A DNA stretch of 20,717 nucleotides from Deltaproteobacteria bacterium. GTDB lineage: Bacteria > Myxococcota_A > UBA9160 > SMWR01. Made by a program: the position numbers and the translations under genes. Shown one piece after another: positions 18,657 to 20,717 of this stretch (the stretch's first letter is position 1; every line of letters starts with the position of its first letter). The DNA lies in the NCBI GenBank assembly GCA_032128375.1, contig JAQBGU010000026.1, positions 1 through 20,717 of the forward strand, in the 5' to 3' direction. The notes under the pieces are model-generated. The model made no database searches. It saw nothing but the letters and a program-made list of their open reading frames with translations, and had not been told where the DNA came from.

Positions 18657-19481
18657 GTGCTGTTCTTCTGTGTATGGAACGGAGATCCGCTCGGATTCTC
18701 CACTTGCTCACAGAAAGTCCGCCTCGTACTCGCAGCCAAAGGACTCGAATTCGAGTCTCACGAGGTCAACCTGATGACGGGCGCGCAGCACGACCCTGAA
18801 TACGTGAAGCTCAATCCGCACCACGTGGTGCCGACACTGGTTCACGACACGCGCGTTCTGATCGAATCTTCGCTGATCATCAAATACCTGGACGACGTCT
18901 TTCAGGAACCGATGATGCGCCCGGCCGATCCGGCCGGACGCTATGCGGTGGATTCATGGCTGAAGCACGCCGATGAATCACTGCATCCTGCCGCCCCCAC
19001 CGTGACCTTCGCGGTCGGGCCGCGCAAAGCGATCCTCCAGCAGCCCGCCGAGGTCCGCGAAGCCAACATCGCCGGCATCCAGGACCCGATCGAACGCGCC
19101 ACCCGGCGCAGTGTGATCGACCACGGCGTTCGAGCGCCGGAATTCGCCGGCGCCTTCCGGGTCTTCCTCGACACGCTCGATCGGATGGAGGCAGACCTCG
19201 CTCGTCGCGATTGGCTGTGCGGCGACCGGTTCGGTCTGGTCGACGCCACGCTCCTGCCGTATGTGCTGCGCCTCGAGCATCTGGCGATGAGTCCGCTGTT
19301 CGATGCGTCCGTCCGACCCCGCGTATCGGAATGGTTGAATCGAACAAAAGCGTTGCGGATCTACTCGACGGCGGTGGAAGCCTGGCTGGCTCCAGCCGCA
19401 GTCGAGATGATGCAGACCAACGGCAAGGAAGTGTGGCCCGACGTGAAGCCCCTCACGCTGCGAGATACTCGGGGAGTCTGA
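18657..19481 (+). CDS. Glutathione S-transferase family protein
   Basis: STCSQKVRLVLAAKGL, YVKLNP..VPTLVH, LIESSLIIKYLD and WLCGDRFGLVD. The first ~10 codons look atypical and lack a clear RBS, so the start is uncertain. Confidence 0.9.
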   Translation: MLFFCVWNGDPLGFSTCSQKVRLVLAAKGLEFESHEVNLMTGAQHDPEYVKLNPHHVVPTLVHDTRVLIESSLIIKYLDDVFQEPMMRPADPAGRYAVDSWLKHADESLHPAAPTVTFAVGPRKAILQQPAEVREANIAGIQDPIERATRRSVIDHGVRAPEFAGAFRVFLDTLDRMEADLARRDWLCGDRFGLVDATLLPYVLRLEHLAMSPLFDASVRPRVSEWLNRTKALRIYSTAVEAWLAPAAVEMMQTNGKEVWPDVKPLTLRDTRGV

Positions 19482-19703
19482 ACCACAGGTGGCGGCGGCG
19501 CGCAGCTTCGCAGTTTGCGAATCGCGTCGTGGATTCCAGCGATCGATCTTCGATTCGTTCGCTCCTTTCCGGGTCGGGAAAGTGTGCCGGATCCGAACAC
19601 CCAATCCCACATCCGCACATACGCGGCAAGTGTTGAGTCGCCGATCACCCGCCGATTCGGGCGGAATGGACGGTTTCGCGATGCGCACTGCCAAACCCAT
19701 CGC

Positions 19704-19719
19704 TGGCACGATTCTTGGA
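19704..19719 (+). promoter_or_regulatory. Sigma-54-like -24/-12 promoter (imperfect -12)
   Basis: TGGCACG-ATTC-TTGGA vs consensus TGGCACG-N4-TTGCW, ending 13 nt before the GTG at 19733. Confidence 0.45.
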
Positions 19720-19732
19720 ATGGCACTTTTAC

Positions 19733-20626
19733 GTGGACATTCCGCTCGACATCCGGCACAGACCAGGCCGCCATTGGCTGGCGGGAATCGCGGGTTTCAT
19801 CGCGATCTTCGCCGGCGCGGCCGCGTTCCTGGGCCTCGAGCCTGCGGCGCCCCGCGTCGATGCCCGGACGCTGCTGATCGATCGCGCGGAATTGGGCGAT
19901 CTGGCGGTCGCGGTGCGCGGTCCGGGGCTGCTCGTTCCCGAACAGATGCGCTGGATCACGACGCTGACCGCGGGCCGGGTCGAACAACGCCTCGTCGACC
20001 CGGGCCAGCATGTCGAGGTCCATACCGTCATCGTCGAACTCAGCAACCCGGACGTCGAACTCGAGTTCCTCGATGCGCGGCGTGCACTCACGGCGGCTCG
20101 CGCCGAGCTGCTGGCACTTTCGACGCGACTCGATGAAGAGCGGCTGAACCAGCGGGCCGTGGTCGCCAGCGCCCGGGCAGCATTCGCGCAGGCGCAGCGT
20201 CTCGATCGCGCGTCGGAAGGGCTGGTCGACAAAGACCTGATCTCGGCGATCGAAGCGGGTCGCCGCCGGGATCGTGCGGTCGAAATGGATGCGCGCTTCC
20301 AATCCGAGCTGCAGCGCGAAGAACTGTACGCGTCGACAGCCGACCAGAAACGATCTCTGCAGCAGGTGCAGGTGGCCCGATTGGAGGAGATCGCGGATTT
20401 CCACCAGGCGCGCGTCGATTCGATGACGGTCCTCGCCGGTGCGAGTGGAACCCTTCAGCACACCGAACTCGAAGTCGGCCAATGGGTCCAGCCGGGGGAG
20501 CTGCTCGCCAAAGTCGCCGAATCTGGAAGGCTCAAGGCGATCCTCGAAATTCCAGAGACACTCGCGAGAGACGTCGCACGGGGCCAGCCGGTTGCAGTCG
20601 ATACGCGCAATGGGATCGCCAAGGGG
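19733..20626 (+). pseudogene. HlyD/MacA-type efflux periplasmic adaptor subunit, 3'-truncated
   Basis: Absent from the ORF track because the frame stays open to the window end. Hand translation: MDIP..WLAGIAGFIAIFAGAAAFLGLEPAAPRVD..VRGPGLLVPEQMRWI..GRVEQRLVDPG..ELSNPD..coiled coil..LEVGQWVQPGELLAKVA..LKAILEIPE..GQPVAVDTRNGI. Similarity is lost after about 20626. Confidence 0.88.
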
Positions 20627-20717
20627 CGCCACCTGAATCACGCGCACCTCCATCCCCGGCAGCAGCCCCAGGGTCATCAAACGCTGATTGACCGCGCTTT
20701 CCGATTCGATGGACTTG
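20606..20717 (-). pseudogene. feoA: FeoA-family ferrous iron transport protein fragment (runs off the window, C-terminus missing)
   Basis: KSIESESAVNQRLMTLGLLPGMEVRVIQVAPLGDPIA matches RL..LG..PG..V.V...APLGDPI. The following RG..LSLR..EA segment is absent. Confidence 0.85.

Noticed and set aside
19361..20680. 439-aa minus-strand ORF as a long FeoA fusion protein
   Set aside because: Only the first ~25 aa are FeoA; the rest is the antisense of the HlyD-type adaptor.
1..20717. CRISPR array, integron cassette array or intact defence operon
   Set aside because: No regularly spaced repeats, attC-like sites, cas genes or recognisable defence gene pairs seen by eye. The cyclase-ATPase-TPR gene is a common signalling architecture and is broken.

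Overview
GC-rich bacterial window that reads as a decayed accessory or mosaic region rather than a coherent operon. About seven genes look intact or nearly so: a His-motif polytopic membrane protein with C-terminal TPRs, a secreted two-domain multicopper oxidase, an SGNH hydrolase, a fatty-acid-hydroxylase/sterol-desaturase family protein, an alpha/beta hydrolase, a PEP-CTERM-type surface protein and a GST. They sit among more than a dozen truncated or frameshifted pieces: GGDEF, IS3 orfA, tyrosine integrase C-terminus, zinc-ribbon/adenylate cyclase/ATPase/TPR, trmJ-like, xth-like, acyl-CoA ligase, IS66 tnpC, GMC oxidoreductase N-terminus, HlyD-type adaptor and FeoA, several joined end-to-end. 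The most unusual element is at 3353-3426: a tRNA 3' fragment (att core) beside the integrase remnant and flanked on both sides by arm-like repeats. Its T-loop is split by a 46-nt insert made of two 23-nt hairpins. All family calls come from motif recognition by eye; no searches were run, and assembly or amplification chimerism cannot be excluded.
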